The position numbers and the translations under genes were made by a program. From NCBI GenBank assembly GCA_002687935.1, contig NZBN01000002.1:102592-166591 (forward strand): 64,000 nucleotides of DNA. Reading direction: 5' to 3'. How positions within the stretch are numbered: the stretch's first letter is position 1; the number at the start of each line of letters is the position of its first letter. The stretch comes from Methanobacteriota archaeon. Its GTDB lineage: Archaea > Undinarchaeota > Undinarchaeia > Undinarchaeales > Undinarchaeaceae. Shown here one piece after another: positions 35,465 to 45,673 of this stretch. Below the pieces are notes generated by a model. That model made no database searches. It saw only the letters and a list, made by a program, of their open reading frames with translations, and was not told the DNA's origin.

Positions 35465-36319
35465 ATGTTTGGACGAAAGATTACGAAGCTCACAGGAGGA
35501 GTTGGAGTTCAGGAATATCCATACATAGATGGGCGGCTCAGAACGCTTTTCAGGGAAAACGGAGTTTTGGACACAGGAGATAATAGAATACGGAATGTTC
35601 TTCTCGTTGACCCGTGGTGGAATGATGATGCAGACACTATTTTTGGAACACCTTTTCTACTGAATCATTTGCTTCAAGGACAGACCAACATATACGCACT
35701 TTATTCCAAGCCAGTTGATATGAAATATTTTGAAAATCTGAAGAAAACTGCAAATAAAGGATATAATGACGAGAACGCAGGATTTGACGCTGAAAATATT
35801 TTCGTTGCCGGAGGCGTTAATCCTGAAGACGGAAGAAGGGGTTTTGGAAAAACTGGATGGCGCCTCGAAGAAAACTCTTTTCAGCTGGTTTTCAAACCAA
35901 AACAGCAGAACCTCATAACAAATGGGGCATTCGAACTCTATAATTATATTCTCGAAGAAGGTGGAGTTCTCTTCGCAACCTTGGAAGGTGGTATTGTAAG
36001 AAGAACTGAAAATATAATGTGCGGATGGAACTATAGGAGGCGAAGGGCAGAGCCTGAAGAGAGGCTGGAGCCAAGAGAAAGAGCATTCAGAGTGGCGCCG
36101 GAGCTGTCAGAAGTGGAGAGGTATGCAGGAGGACCATTCGCTGGAGATGAGAGAAATTTCATACAAAGAGCAAGACATTGGAAAATTTATGTAAAGTGTG
36201 ACAGAAGACGGCTGAGAAGAGGAAATGAGGAAATATGGAGATTTTTGCGAGATAAGAGAACAGAATTAAAACCCCTGAGGATACTTCCACCTCAAAATTA
36301 TCCAGGTGGAGAAAACTAA
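35465..36319 (+). CDS. Hypothetical protein, possibly degenerate SAM-methyltransferase fold
   Basis: NVLLVDP, FQLVF, YILEEGGVLF loosely echo class I MTase motifs; Arg-rich C-terminus. Confidence 0.5.
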   Translation: MFGRKITKLTGGVGVQEYPYIDGRLRTLFRENGVLDTGDNRIRNVLLVDPWWNDDADTIFGTPFLLNHLLQGQTNIYALYSKPVDMKYFENLKKTANKGYNDENAGFDAENIFVAGGVNPEDGRRGFGKTGWRLEENSFQLVFKPKQQNLITNGAFELYNYILEEGGVLFATLEGGIVRRTENIMCGWNYRRRRAEPEERLEPRERAFRVAPELSEVERYAGGPFAGDERNFIQRARHWKIYVKCDRRRLRRGNEEIWRFLRDKRTELKPLRILPPQNYPGGEN

Positions 36320-37513
36320 CTACTTTTTTGACTTACAGAAATCCTCAAGTTTATCAAATGCATTTTCAAGGGTTTCCATTGGAGGCAAAAACACAATACG
36401 GAAGTGGTCTCCTCCGTACTGCTCACCAAAGCCAGAGCCGTGAACGGTTAGGACGTGCTTCTCTTCAAGAAGGTCGAGGACGAATTTTTTGTCTCTTCCT
36501 TTATAGGAGTCTAGCTCGATTTTAGGGAACATATACATCGCGCCGTGGGCCTCTGTTACCGAAATTCCCTCAATTTCATTGAGCCTTTTAAAACTGAATT
36601 TTGCCCTTTCCTTAAGTTTTGATAAATAGCCCTCAAGATAACTATGATCTGACTCCATTGCTGTTTTCAGAGCCAGTTGTGCAGGAGTATTTGTACTGAG
36701 ACGGCCACGGGCCATTTTGTAGCAGGCTTCTTTCAGTTTATTTATCTCATCATCCGGACCTTTGAAACCCATGTAACCTATTCTCCAACCAGGGGCAAAA
36801 TAGACTTTTGAAAGACCACCAATAACAATAAAGTTGACATCATCTGCAAGACTTGCAGTGCTCACGAATTTTCTGTCAAAGGTTATCAAATCATATATCT
36901 CATCACATATTATTGGAACATCATTCTCAGCAGCGATGTCAGTTATTTCCTTCAGAGTCTTTTCAGGATAAAGTGCCCCAGTTGGATTGTTGGGATTTAT
37001 GACAACAATAGCTTTGGTGTTTTCGTTCACCTTGCTTCGAATATCGTCAATATCAGGTTGCCAACCTTCCTCTTCAATAGTTCTGTATTCAACAGGACTT
37101 CCACCGTAGAAATTTGTCAATGAAATATAAAGAGGATAAGAAGGTCCGGGCATCACAACATCATCCCCTAAACCGACAAGGGAGGCGAAAACCATATTCA
37201 TCCCCTCAGACGCTCCGGATGTCGGAAGATACTGCTCAGGTGCAATGTCTATATTCTTGTACTTTTTTTCGCGATTCGCTATAGCCTCACAAACGGCAGG
37301 AATACCTTCAGAATCGCCATAGTAATTGTTTCCATTAAGGGCTGCATCGGAGAGGGACTGTTTAAGAAAATCAGGTGTATCAAAATCATATTTGTTTGGG
37401 TCTCCGATGTTTAACTTCAGAACTTCGTGACCCTGTTTTTCGACTTCACGTGCGTTGACAACAATTTCTCGAATTGCATAAGTCATACCCTTAGTTCTCT
37501 TGTTTATTTCCAT
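36320..37513 (-). CDS. PLP-dependent class I aminotransferase (alanine aminotransferase-like)
   Basis: YAIREIV, LNIGDP, INPNNPTG, DEIYD, GLSKVYFAPGWRIG. Start re-called at 37513 because the promoter overlaps the longer ORF. Confidence 0.92.
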   Translation of the reverse strand: MEINKRTKGMTYAIREIVVNAREVEKQGHEVLKLNIGDPNKYDFDTPDFLKQSLSDAALNGNNYYGDSEGIPAVCEAIANREKKYKNIDIAPEQYLPTSGASEGMNMVFASLVGLGDDVVMPGPSYPLYISLTNFYGGSPVEYRTIEEEGWQPDIDDIRSKVNENTKAIVVINPNNPTGALYPEKTLKEITDIAAENDVPIICDEIYDLITFDRKFVSTASLADDVNFIVIGGLSKVYFAPGWRIGYMGFKGPDDEINKLKEACYKMARGRLSTNTPAQLALKTAMESDHSYLEGYLSKLKERAKFSFKRLNEIEGISVTEAHGAMYMFPKIELDSYKGRDKKFVLDLLEEKHVLTVHGSGFGEQYGGDHFRIVFLPPMETLENAFDKLEDFCKSKK

Positions 37514-37548
37514 GCAACCCTGCCTCTTTTCGAACTTATTCTCGAAGA

Positions 37549-37565
37549 TATATAAAGATTCGCGC
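37549..37565 (-). promoter_or_regulatory. BRE + TATA of the aminotransferase gene
   Basis: Minus strand GCGCGAAT-C-TTTATATA. Confidence 0.6.
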
Positions 37566-37591
37566 AAGGAGAATAGCTTATATATTGGTAA

Positions 37592-38230
37592 ATGTTAGAG
37601 CAAGATATGAGTAAAAGACTCAAAATTAATCTGAATAATATTATACTTTTAGCCGTCGTTTTTGGGGCGCTTTCTGGGGCTCTAACGACCTACTATATTA
37701 CAAGTGTACAGACACCGACACAGGAAGATTTGATAAAATCACATTACGATACAGAAACTGCAGTTCTTGTAAGCCCCCATGGACTAAGGAAACACTTAGG
37801 AGACGGAACAACAGTTCTTGTGGATGTTAGAAGTCAGGAAGAATATGAGGAAGAGCATATAACTGGGGCACTTAATGTCCCGGCTTATAAAGATAGAGAC
37901 CATTCAGACTACGGGGCTGTTGAAAGAATAGCCACATCTTTTGCAGAAATTAAAGCCGACAATCCGAACAAGGATATTATAATTTATTGCTACAGCATGC
38001 CATGTATGACTGGAAGAAAGGTTGGTAAGATGCTCGCTGACAGAGGAATATTTGTAAAGGAACTTGGAATCGGCTGGAATGAATGGAGATACTTTTGGAC
38101 GCTCTGGAATCACGCGCATGAGTGGAATCAGACCAAACCAGAAGACTTCATAACATCAGGTCCTGAACCAGGAGAAATGCTGATAGAAAGTGGGACAGGA
38201 TGTCCGATTGAAGGCGACTTTGGCTGCTAA
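37592..38230 (+). CDS. Membrane-anchored rhodanese-domain protein
   Basis: N-terminal TM; VLVDVRSQEEYEEEHITGALN; IIIYCYSMPCMTG; C-terminal GCPIEGDFGC. Confidence 0.88.
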   Translation: MLEQDMSKRLKINLNNIILLAVVFGALSGALTTYYITSVQTPTQEDLIKSHYDTETAVLVSPHGLRKHLGDGTTVLVDVRSQEEYEEEHITGALNVPAYKDRDHSDYGAVERIATSFAEIKADNPNKDIIIYCYSMPCMTGRKVGKMLADRGIFVKELGIGWNEWRYFWTLWNHAHEWNQTKPEDFITSGPEPGEMLIESGTGCPIEGDFGC

Positions 38231-38613
38231 TGAAAATATTAACAAGCACACTCGTATTGGCCACAGTAATATTGATTAGTGGATGTACAGGCTCAGTTGA
38301 AACTGCGCCTTCCGAGCTAGACAGTTTTGCTGAATGTATAGACAATAATGAAGTCAAGATGTTTGGAGCCTATACTTGCTCTGTTTGTGCAAAACAAAAA
38401 GCACTTTTTGGTACATCTTTTGAAAAAATAGAAGAAGTTGAGTGTCATCCCCGTGGAGAAAACGCACAGACTGATTGGTGCCTTGAACTCAACATTGAGA
38501 AAACTCCGACTTGGATGATGTTTGAAAATGGAGACTTAGTAAAAACCGCAGTAGGATTCCAGACACTGGAAGAACTTTCTGAATTTTCCGGTTGCCCGCT
38601 GGAGGTAGTATAA
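38230..38613 (+). CDS. Exported thioredoxin-like lipoprotein (CSVC)
   Basis: Lipobox ISGC; KMFGAYTCSVCAKQKALFG...VEC...C...IEKTPTW (VKOR-partner-type Trx). Confidence 0.8.
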   Translation: MKILTSTLVLATVILISGCTGSVETAPSELDSFAECIDNNEVKMFGAYTCSVCAKQKALFGTSFEKIEEVECHPRGENAQTDWCLELNIEKTPTWMMFENGDLVKTAVGFQTLEELSEFSGCPLEVV

Positions 38614-39320
38614 TGGCAAGCCAGCTGACCATAGGAATAGTTATTGCGGCCGCCCTTGCAGACAGTATAAATCCCTGTGTTTTTGGAGTTCTTATTTTCC
38701 TGATGGGATATATGCTGACCGCCTTCAAAAGTAAGGCGCGGCTTTTGGTAGGAGGATTAATCTATATAGCAACTGTGTATGTGACCTACTTTTTGATAGG
38801 TCTTGGAATTTTGTCCGCGGCTTACAGTGCGAATCTTACAAACACATTATACACCATAGCCGCAGTAATAGCAATATTTGCAGGAATTCTTGAAGTAAAG
38901 GATTTCTTCTGGTATGGTAAAGGACCAAGCCTTCAGATTATACCCGGAGGCGCGGAAAGGATAAAGAAATACACTTACAAGTTTAGTGAATTCAATAACA
39001 AACATCCTGCGTTCAATATGGCTCTTGCAGTTGGCCTCGGAGTTCTTGTAGTATTCGTTGAACTGCCCTGCACTGGAGCTCCCTACCTTGCAATAATCGG
39101 TCTACTTGCAGCAGGAGAATATTCAAACGGAGTTCCACTTCTACTCTTCTATAATTTGATATTCATACTTCCTCTGCTTGTAATCCTGGGACTGGTTTAC
39201 ACTGGAAAAGCTTCCAAGCAACTTGAAGCCTGGAGAAAGAAGCACAGAGGACTTATGAGATTATTCATAGGAATATTCCTGCTGACTCTGGGAACTTATA
39301 TGTTCTGGTTAGTTTCTTAA
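38613..39320 (+). CDS. CcdA/DsbD-type transmembrane thiol-redox protein
   Basis: ADSINPCVF and VELPCTGAPY Cys-Pro motifs, about 6 TM; TAATG coupling. Confidence 0.85.
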   Translation: MASQLTIGIVIAAALADSINPCVFGVLIFLMGYMLTAFKSKARLLVGGLIYIATVYVTYFLIGLGILSAAYSANLTNTLYTIAAVIAIFAGILEVKDFFWYGKGPSLQIIPGGAERIKKYTYKFSEFNNKHPAFNMALAVGLGVLVVFVELPCTGAPYLAIIGLLAAGEYSNGVPLLLFYNLIFILPLLVILGLVYTGKASKQLEAWRKKHRGLMRLFIGIFLLTLGTYMFWLVS

Positions 39321-39378
39321 AGTTGCTTGCAAAAACTTTTTAAATCAGAAGGGTTTAGAGAAGCTGTAAGGAGGAAAA

Positions 39379-39816
39379 ATGGCAATAATAAGTACAAGAT
39401 TAACAAAGATATCGGCTAGTGTTAACAAGCCAAAGAAGGGTAAGTCAGACTCTATAGAGATATCAAACAAAAACAGTATAGAGAGTGTAAAAAGGGAAAC
39501 GATAAAGGGAATTGGAGATGTTATTGAAGTTGATTTTTCCCTTGAAACTCAATATGAACCAAATATCGGAAATATTGAAATAGAAGGAACTGTTGTTTAC
39601 CACGACAAGGATTTGAAAAAACAATACGAAGAAAAGGATGGAAAAATAGTTCTTCTTGAAGACGCTTTTTTGGAAGTCAACAACACAATACTGGCAATAG
39701 GCTCAGTGCAATCACTTCTTATGGCAAAGGAGATGAATCTCCCCTCACCAATACAACTGCCAATGGTTGAAGCCAGCAAAAAGGCAAAGGACAAGGGCGG
39801 AAAGGGCTACGCTTAA
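39379..39816 (+). CDS. Conserved archaeal protein, SecB-like fold (tentative)
   Basis: Beta-rich core, GNIEIEGTVVY, C-terminal MNLPSPIQLP; family recognition from memory. Confidence 0.5.
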   Translation: MAIISTRLTKISASVNKPKKGKSDSIEISNKNSIESVKRETIKGIGDVIEVDFSLETQYEPNIGNIEIEGTVVYHDKDLKKQYEEKDGKIVLLEDAFLEVNNTILAIGSVQSLLMAKEMNLPSPIQLPMVEASKKAKDKGGKGYA

Positions 39817-39835
39817 TTAAGAAAACTTTCTGAAA

Positions 39836-40621
39836 TTAACCAAGTATAACAATACTTTCTACGAAGGCGCCTGCAAATATAAAGGCTATTCCGAAGACTA
39901 TTAGGTAGAGGCTATCCGTTATTGTCTGCCAGAATTGTTCAGAGTGCCAATCTACTCGAAGGAATGCTATTGAGAGGAGACCTCCTGCCACCGCAGCCAG
40001 GAAAAAGCCTGTAAACTCTATAATTATGTGTGGTATTGAGGACACCAAGAGACCTGCTCTGGAAAAGAGTGAGGTCACAAAGACACCGAGAACTGATGCA
40101 TTCCAGACAAGAATTATCATAGAGCCTGCTCCATATATGACTGAGAGAAGCATTAGAGTGAAAAGAACACGCATATTATTCATGAATATTGACTTGAAAA
40201 CACTAGTCCCCATAACAAACTGCCCAAGCGTTGTTGTATATGTTCCGCCTGAGAAGGCTGCAAACTGTTTTGAGAATACCAGACCAAGCATCCAATCAGG
40301 AAGAATTAGTGCCCAAACAAGATAAGAAGCCGCCATCCCCATAAAGAACATGAAAAATATAAGCATAAGGTGGGCGTTCCTCTTAATGAAGGACTCTGTG
40401 CCTGACATATAGGAGCCGACCTGCTGCTCTATTCGCATTATCTTGTGGAGAAATGGAAGACCTGCAATAGTCGTTAAAAGAACACCGGCAAGACTGGCGT
40501 CATTTGGGAAAATCATGGGTCCAAGGAAAATTCCAATCGTCGAGATACAGGCTCCGAGTACGAAGCCGTACAGTGGATTTTTTTCAACCCACTCAGGACG
40601 TATTATGTTTTCAATGACCAT
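39836..40621 (-). CDS. SpoIIM (DUF95)-family membrane protein
   Basis: IFMNNMRV, ILVWNASVLG, IPHIIIEFTGFFLAAVAG; start re-called at 40621. Confidence 0.85.
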   Translation of the reverse strand: MVIENIIRPEWVEKNPLYGFVLGACISTIGIFLGPMIFPNDASLAGVLLTTIAGLPFLHKIMRIEQQVGSYMSGTESFIKRNAHLMLIFFMFFMGMAASYLVWALILPDWMLGLVFSKQFAAFSGGTYTTTLGQFVMGTSVFKSIFMNNMRVLFTLMLLSVIYGAGSMIILVWNASVLGVFVTSLFSRAGLLVSSIPHIIIEFTGFFLAAVAGGLLSIAFLRVDWHSEQFWQTITDSLYLIVFGIAFIFAGAFVESIVILG

Positions 40622-40692
40622 AAACGCTGTAGGGAGGGAGAGTATAAAAGTTATATAGGTCGAAGGCAACTAAGACCTTAACAAAAGTAATT

Positions 40693-40767
40693 GCGGAGGT
40701 GGCAGAACCCGGTTAATGCGCGCGCCTGCAAAGCGTGTTTTTGTGAGTTCAAATCTCACCCTCCGCT
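40693..40767 (+). tRNA. tRNA-Cys(GCA)
   Basis: Acceptor GCGGAGG/CCTCCGC, anticodon arm CGCGC-CTGCAAA-GCGTG, U73 discriminator. Confidence 0.93.
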
Positions 40768-40780
40768 TCGTTTTTGGAAT

Positions 40781-42811
40781 TTAATCAGATTCTTCCCAGA
40801 TTAGATGTGACATTCTTCGAGGATATTCAGTATAGCTAGTCTCTGTATACTCTCCCCTGAAATTCTGGATATAGCAATAATCACCAGGCCATTTTATGTG
40901 AGTCCATTCAAGTTTTTCGAGGAAAAATTTTAGTCTTTCAACAAAATTCCATTTAGGAAAACGCTTGAATTTCAACTGATTAAGAAAATCAGGATAATTT
41001 ATTTTGTCAAGAGAATCGAGTTCGATGGCTTTCCCGTATGAATTCTTGACATCATCCACAAACCACTGTCTTCCGCTTATGTAGTCATCAAGAACCACCT
41101 TTTTGAAGCCACATGCTTTTGCATACGTTATAATGGCAGACATAACACTCTCCATAGTTCCTGTGCGATAAGGAAATTTGGGAGATATTTCAACAGAATC
41201 TATCAAGAGGACCGGCTTCTTCTTTTCAAACATTGCATTCAGATAAATAATTCCAACTGGTTTCAGTTTGTTGCCTAGGTGCATCAAAAGTCTGCAATGT
41301 CCTGCGTCCAGATTATGAGAAAGTGCAGTAACAAAATGAGCTCCGTGCTCCGCACTAAGACAATCCTCAACGCAGTCACTCAGAAAGAGATTAGCCGGAA
41401 GTTTTCTCTGCCATATCTTGAAACGCAGGTCAACTTTCTCATACTCTCCTGAGCCAATAATTTTCAGGTTTTGAAGTTCTTTTATGCGGCGTTTATAGAA
41501 TCCTTCAAGAATTTTACTTCTACCATATCTATCTGGATCACCATAATATTCCAGCATTACAGAATGGGATTTAGAAAGAGCTCCTAAATCAGCTCGGCGA
41601 ACCATACCTTCTACATACAAAGAGGACTCCCCAAGGTAGCCTTTTCTGCCATTAATGAAGCTCCCGCGATAATATACATCAACAATATTTCTCATTTTTG
41701 AGAGATGTCCCTTCAACCTTGAAACATAATCATAGAAAGGTCCTTGTATATTTCCGAGATCTTCTACAGATACGCCATAAGCAGAAGAAAGTTGTTCGTC
41801 GAAGTTTTTTTTCCACTTCCTCCTCTCTGCAGGTCTCAATCTCCTTTCAGAGCCATTTTCAGAAATTGTTTTTGGGGCAGTTGGACTTATGAGACCTTCA
41901 TCTATCAAAAGTTCAACCGACTCACTGACAGCTTTTGAAATAAGTTGCAAATATATTGGAGGACTTTTGTTTGCAACATCAAGCTCCTGTATTTTTGCCT
42001 TAACTTTTGCAAATGTACCATCAGGAGCAAGAAGACGTCTTCTCGACTGAATAGATACAGACGGAGGAAGCTCAGAAAGCTCATCCACTATATTTTCAAG
42101 ATCCATTTGCCTTTTTATTACCTGAAAGCGACCGTAAAGTGTGGGTTTGTTTATAGATTCTGTAGGATAAAAATCACCCATAGTGGAAAGAAGTCGTTCC
42201 TTTTTACTTACTCTTCTTCCCCTGAAATTAACTTTTGCATCACTGAGTTCAGAACGGGGCATCCCAAGAAGATGTGACTGAAATTCACTGTTAAACTCCT
42301 TTGGCTTGTAGTGGAAATTATCCCAGATATCAAGATCTATTCCTATCTTTTCGAGTTTTTCATTAGTTTTTGCTGTGGCAGGATTTTTTGAAACGGCATT
42401 ATTGAATGATTTTTCCTTTGTATAGCCTGAACGAACAAGAAACTCATAGAGCAATATACCATAGACACTGGCATTTTCTATTGCCTCTCTTTGCTCCTTT
42501 GAATTTAATATTGAACATCGTGCAAAAACAGCTGTCAAAAGTTCCACATGAATATCAAGGTTCTTATCATTAGAAGAAAGAATGTAATCCAGACCCTCTG
42601 TAATGTGAGATTTGAGTTTCTTAGCTCTTCTTGGATTCAAATGGTCAACCAAGAATTCTGCTGCCTTTGTAAGATATATCAATTTGTCACTGTCTTTGAA
42701 AGTTTTTTCCCGAGTAGATGCGGCAAGATATCGCTTCCCAGCAAGAAGTTCATTTCCAGCCTCTGCGGCCTCTTCAGCAGACTTGGCCAACTCTTCAGGA
42801 CTTTTAACCAT
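40781..42811 (-). CDS. Large hypothetical protein
   Basis: 676-aa ORF; helical N-terminus, C-terminal alpha/beta region (DCVEDCL...GIIYL...LLIDSVEI). Confidence 0.75.
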   Translation of the reverse strand: MVKSPEELAKSAEEAAEAGNELLAGKRYLAASTREKTFKDSDKLIYLTKAAEFLVDHLNPRRAKKLKSHITEGLDYILSSNDKNLDIHVELLTAVFARCSILNSKEQREAIENASVYGILLYEFLVRSGYTKEKSFNNAVSKNPATAKTNEKLEKIGIDLDIWDNFHYKPKEFNSEFQSHLLGMPRSELSDAKVNFRGRRVSKKERLLSTMGDFYPTESINKPTLYGRFQVIKRQMDLENIVDELSELPPSVSIQSRRRLLAPDGTFAKVKAKIQELDVANKSPPIYLQLISKAVSESVELLIDEGLISPTAPKTISENGSERRLRPAERRKWKKNFDEQLSSAYGVSVEDLGNIQGPFYDYVSRLKGHLSKMRNIVDVYYRGSFINGRKGYLGESSLYVEGMVRRADLGALSKSHSVMLEYYGDPDRYGRSKILEGFYKRRIKELQNLKIIGSGEYEKVDLRFKIWQRKLPANLFLSDCVEDCLSAEHGAHFVTALSHNLDAGHCRLLMHLGNKLKPVGIIYLNAMFEKKKPVLLIDSVEISPKFPYRTGTMESVMSAIITYAKACGFKKVVLDDYISGRQWFVDDVKNSYGKAIELDSLDKINYPDFLNQLKFKRFPKWNFVERLKFFLEKLEWTHIKWPGDYCYIQNFRGEYTETSYTEYPRRMSHLIWEESD

Positions 42812-42876
42812 ACTAGACAGTGGTTCCTGTTGAATAAAAATGTTTGGAAGCTGGAAAATCTCTTAACTAAAAAAAA

Positions 42877-43023
42877 TTACGAACAGGAACACTCACTTGG
42901 TTCGAGCTCCTCTAAAAGAACGCCTTTCCTGTATTTTTTCAGTTCCTTTGAGACCTCCTTGAAGGGGTCTTTGGAGCTCTTTGACTTCTTGTCTCCCTTT
43001 TTTTTCTTTGAGTTTTCAGCCAT
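42877..43023 (-). CDS. Small Lys-rich protein, 48 aa, ending CSCS
   Basis: MAENSKKKKGDKKSKSSKDPFKEVSKELKKYRKGVLLEELEPSECSCS; fills a gap. Confidence 0.55.
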   Translation of the reverse strand: MAENSKKKKGDKKSKSSKDPFKEVSKELKKYRKGVLLEELEPSECSCS

Positions 43024-43101
43024 GTAAAAAGGGATTCTACTTTTCCAGCTATAAACTTATCTAAACGCAATATAGTTATATTACTCAGAATTAGGAACAC
43101 T

Positions 43102-43296
43102 ATGGAAGCCAAGACTGTAGAAGAAATCACTGCACTTGCTTTGTCGCTTGTGGTTTTTGTTCACGTAATTAGGGCAATAATGGGAATACCAGTAAGCATT
43201 GGAAGTGTAGAAATTCCAATCTGGGCGAGTATTGCCGCAGCAGGAGTAGTAGGATATTTAGCATACCTTAACTGGAATGTATACAGAGAAAATTGA
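43102..43296 (+). CDS. Small 2-TM membrane protein
   Basis: Two hydrophobic helices in 64 aa. Confidence 0.7.
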   Translation: MEAKTVEEITALALSLVVFVHVIRAIMGIPVSIGSVEIPIWASIAAAGVVGYLAYLNWNVYREN

Positions 43297-43309
43297 ATAG
43301 AGAGAAGCA

Positions 43310-44794
43310 ATGGCACAGAGAATATACAATACTTTAAGCGGAAAGAGAGAGAATTTAGAATCTAGAGAGAAAGGGAAACTCCACATCTATGTCTGTGGAC
43401 CGACTGTATATGATTACTCCCATCTTGGTCACGCCCGCGTATATGTAGTGTTTGATGTGATAAGGCGCTATCTTGAGCACAGTGGGAATGAGGTAATTTA
43501 TATCAATAATTTAACGGACGTAAACGACAAGATAATTAAAAGAGCTGAAGAGACTGGAGATACTCCAGAATCTGTAGCAGAACGCTTCTCGGAAGAATTT
43601 TTTATAGATATGGACTCATTGGGGGTAAAGCGAGCAGACTTCTACCCTAAAGTTAGTGAACACATCACAGAAATAACAGGAATGATTGCAGGTCTTGTTG
43701 AAAAGGGCTATGCCTATGAATCGGCAGGAGATGTCTATTTTAACACGAGTAAAGTAAATGAGTACGGAAAACTTTCAAGACAGAATCTGGAAAAAATAAT
43801 TGCAGGAATAAGAGTTGACGCAAATGAGAAGAAGAAAAATCAAGAAGATTTTGCACTTTGGAAAAGCGCCGGTGATAATGAACAGGGCTGGGACAGTCCT
43901 TGGGGGCGGGGAAGACCAGGCTGGCATATTGAGTGTAGTGCTATGGCGATGAAGTATTTTGGAGAAAGTCTTGACATACACGGTGGAGGTCAGGACCTTG
44001 TTTTCCCACATCATGAAAATGAAATAGCACAAAGCGAGGCATACAGTGGAAAGGAATTCGCAAAATACTGGATGCACAACGGCTTTGTAACTGTCGACAA
44101 AGAAAAAATGGGAAAATCACTTGGAAATTTCTTTACTGTAAGAGAGATACTAAAGAAACACAGACCTGAAGTTGTTCGCTACTTCCTGCTTTCAACGCAG
44201 TACAGGAAGCCAATAGACTTCACAGAGGAGGCGATAAACGAGGCAAAATCTTCTTTGGAAGGAATAGAGAATTCTCTCTCGAATCTGAAGCATGCAATCA
44301 CAGTAAAAGAAGGAACAGAAAAAACAAAAGATGACAAAGAGGTTCTGAAGAAAATAGACTACTATAGAACACAGTTCTTTGCGGCGATGGATGACGATTT
44401 TAACACACGTGAGGCAATAAGCTCGGTCCACCAGATGTGCACAGTCCTCAATTCATATATCGTAGAAAATCCAAATAATGAAGTCCTTCGGGAGGCACTG
44501 GACAATTTTGAAGAATTCAGCCAGATACTCAATCTTTTCGAGGAGCAAGACATAGACCAGAATGAGGAAATAATTGCCCATCTTAGAAAACTTATGAGAG
44601 AGTTAGAAGTCAAAAAGCTAAAGGACGACTATACTGTTTCCGGTCTGATGAGGCTTGTTCTACTAGAACGTGAGAAAGCGAGAAAAGAAAACGATTATGA
44701 AAAATCTGATAAAATAAGAGAGGGTCTGAGCCACATGGGAATAGTGATTGAAGATACAGAAGAAGGACCACGCTGGCAGTTCAGACGAAGTTAA
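43310..44794 (+). CDS. cysS: Cysteine--tRNA ligase
   Basis: [52 protein letters not shown]. Confidence 0.97.
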   Translation: MAQRIYNTLSGKRENLESREKGKLHIYVCGPTVYDYSHLGHARVYVVFDVIRRYLEHSGNEVIYINNLTDVNDKIIKRAEETGDTPESVAERFSEEFFIDMDSLGVKRADFYPKVSEHITEITGMIAGLVEKGYAYESAGDVYFNTSKVNEYGKLSRQNLEKIIAGIRVDANEKKKNQEDFALWKSAGDNEQGWDSPWGRGRPGWHIECSAMAMKYFGESLDIHGGGQDLVFPHHENEIAQSEAYSGKEFAKYWMHNGFVTVDKEKMGKSLGNFFTVREILKKHRPEVVRYFLLSTQYRKPIDFTEEAINEAKSSLEGIENSLSNLKHAITVKEGTEKTKDDKEVLKKIDYYRTQFFAAMDDDFNTREAISSVHQMCTVLNSYIVENPNNEVLREALDNFEEFSQILNLFEEQDIDQNEEIIAHLRKLMRELEVKKLKDDYTVSGLMRLVLLEREKARKENDYEKSDKIREGLSHMGIVIEDTEEGPRWQFRRS

Positions 44795-44846
44795 GACCAG
44801 AAAAGTTAAGCAAGGTTTATATAGCTAGGAGGAGAACAGAAGCAGC

Positions 44847-45665
44847 ATGGCTAAGGGAGACAAGACAATTACATTGAAATTCAAGGAGGCAACTTTGTGG
44901 AAAGTTGCAACAGCGGTTCTCGCAATAATATTACTCTTTTCATTCCAAGGTGGCGAAGTTGAAGTGCAGGAAGAAGGAAGTGTTGCCGCAGCGACAATAA
45001 AAACAATTGACCTCAGCATCGATGACGACCCAGTTCTGGGAAATGATAATGCAGAAATAACTGTAATAGAATTTTCTGATTTCCAGTGCCAATTCTGTAA
45101 CAGACTGTGGGCAGATGCAGTAAATGGAATAAAAACGAATTTTGTTGAGGACGGAACTGTGAAATTCGTATATCGTGATTTCCCGCTTAATTTCCACCCA
45201 AGCGCTGCAAAAGCAGCAACAGCTGCCAACTGTGCAGAGGAACAAGGACAGTACTGGGAAATGCACGACAAACTCTTTGAAAACCAGCAAAGTGACTGGG
45301 GATATTACGTACAGGAAGAGCGAAAATATCTCGCTCTTGAAGATGCCATGCCTTTCTTCAGGCAATACGCTTCTGAGCTTGGACTGGACACAGACAAGTT
45401 TAATGACTGCCTTGACTCTGACAAGTATGACAGCGAGATAAGCAAGGACCTTGTTGATGGCCAGACCGCAGGAGTTACCGGAACTCCATCAGTATTTGTT
45501 ATGATGAGCAAGAAGAAGGCTCCAAAAGCAGAGCTTCAGGCTCTTGATGACGGAAGCAACATATTCTACTTTGAAACTTCAGACGGCAAGTACGCAGGTA
45601 TACAGGTGGCAGGTGCTTTGCCATATGGAGCCTTTGAGCAAATTATAAACATAATGCTTACATAA
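44847..45665 (+). CDS. Membrane-anchored DsbA-family thioredoxin-fold protein
   Basis: TM; EFSDFQCQFC, YRDFPL, GVTGTPS, GALPY. Confidence 0.92.
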   Translation: MAKGDKTITLKFKEATLWKVATAVLAIILLFSFQGGEVEVQEEGSVAAATIKTIDLSIDDDPVLGNDNAEITVIEFSDFQCQFCNRLWADAVNGIKTNFVEDGTVKFVYRDFPLNFHPSAAKAATAANCAEEQGQYWEMHDKLFENQQSDWGYYVQEERKYLALEDAMPFFRQYASELGLDTDKFNDCLDSDKYDSEISKDLVDGQTAGVTGTPSVFVMMSKKKAPKAELQALDDGSNIFYFETSDGKYAGIQVAGALPYGAFEQIINIMLT

Positions 45666-45673
45666 TAATTATT

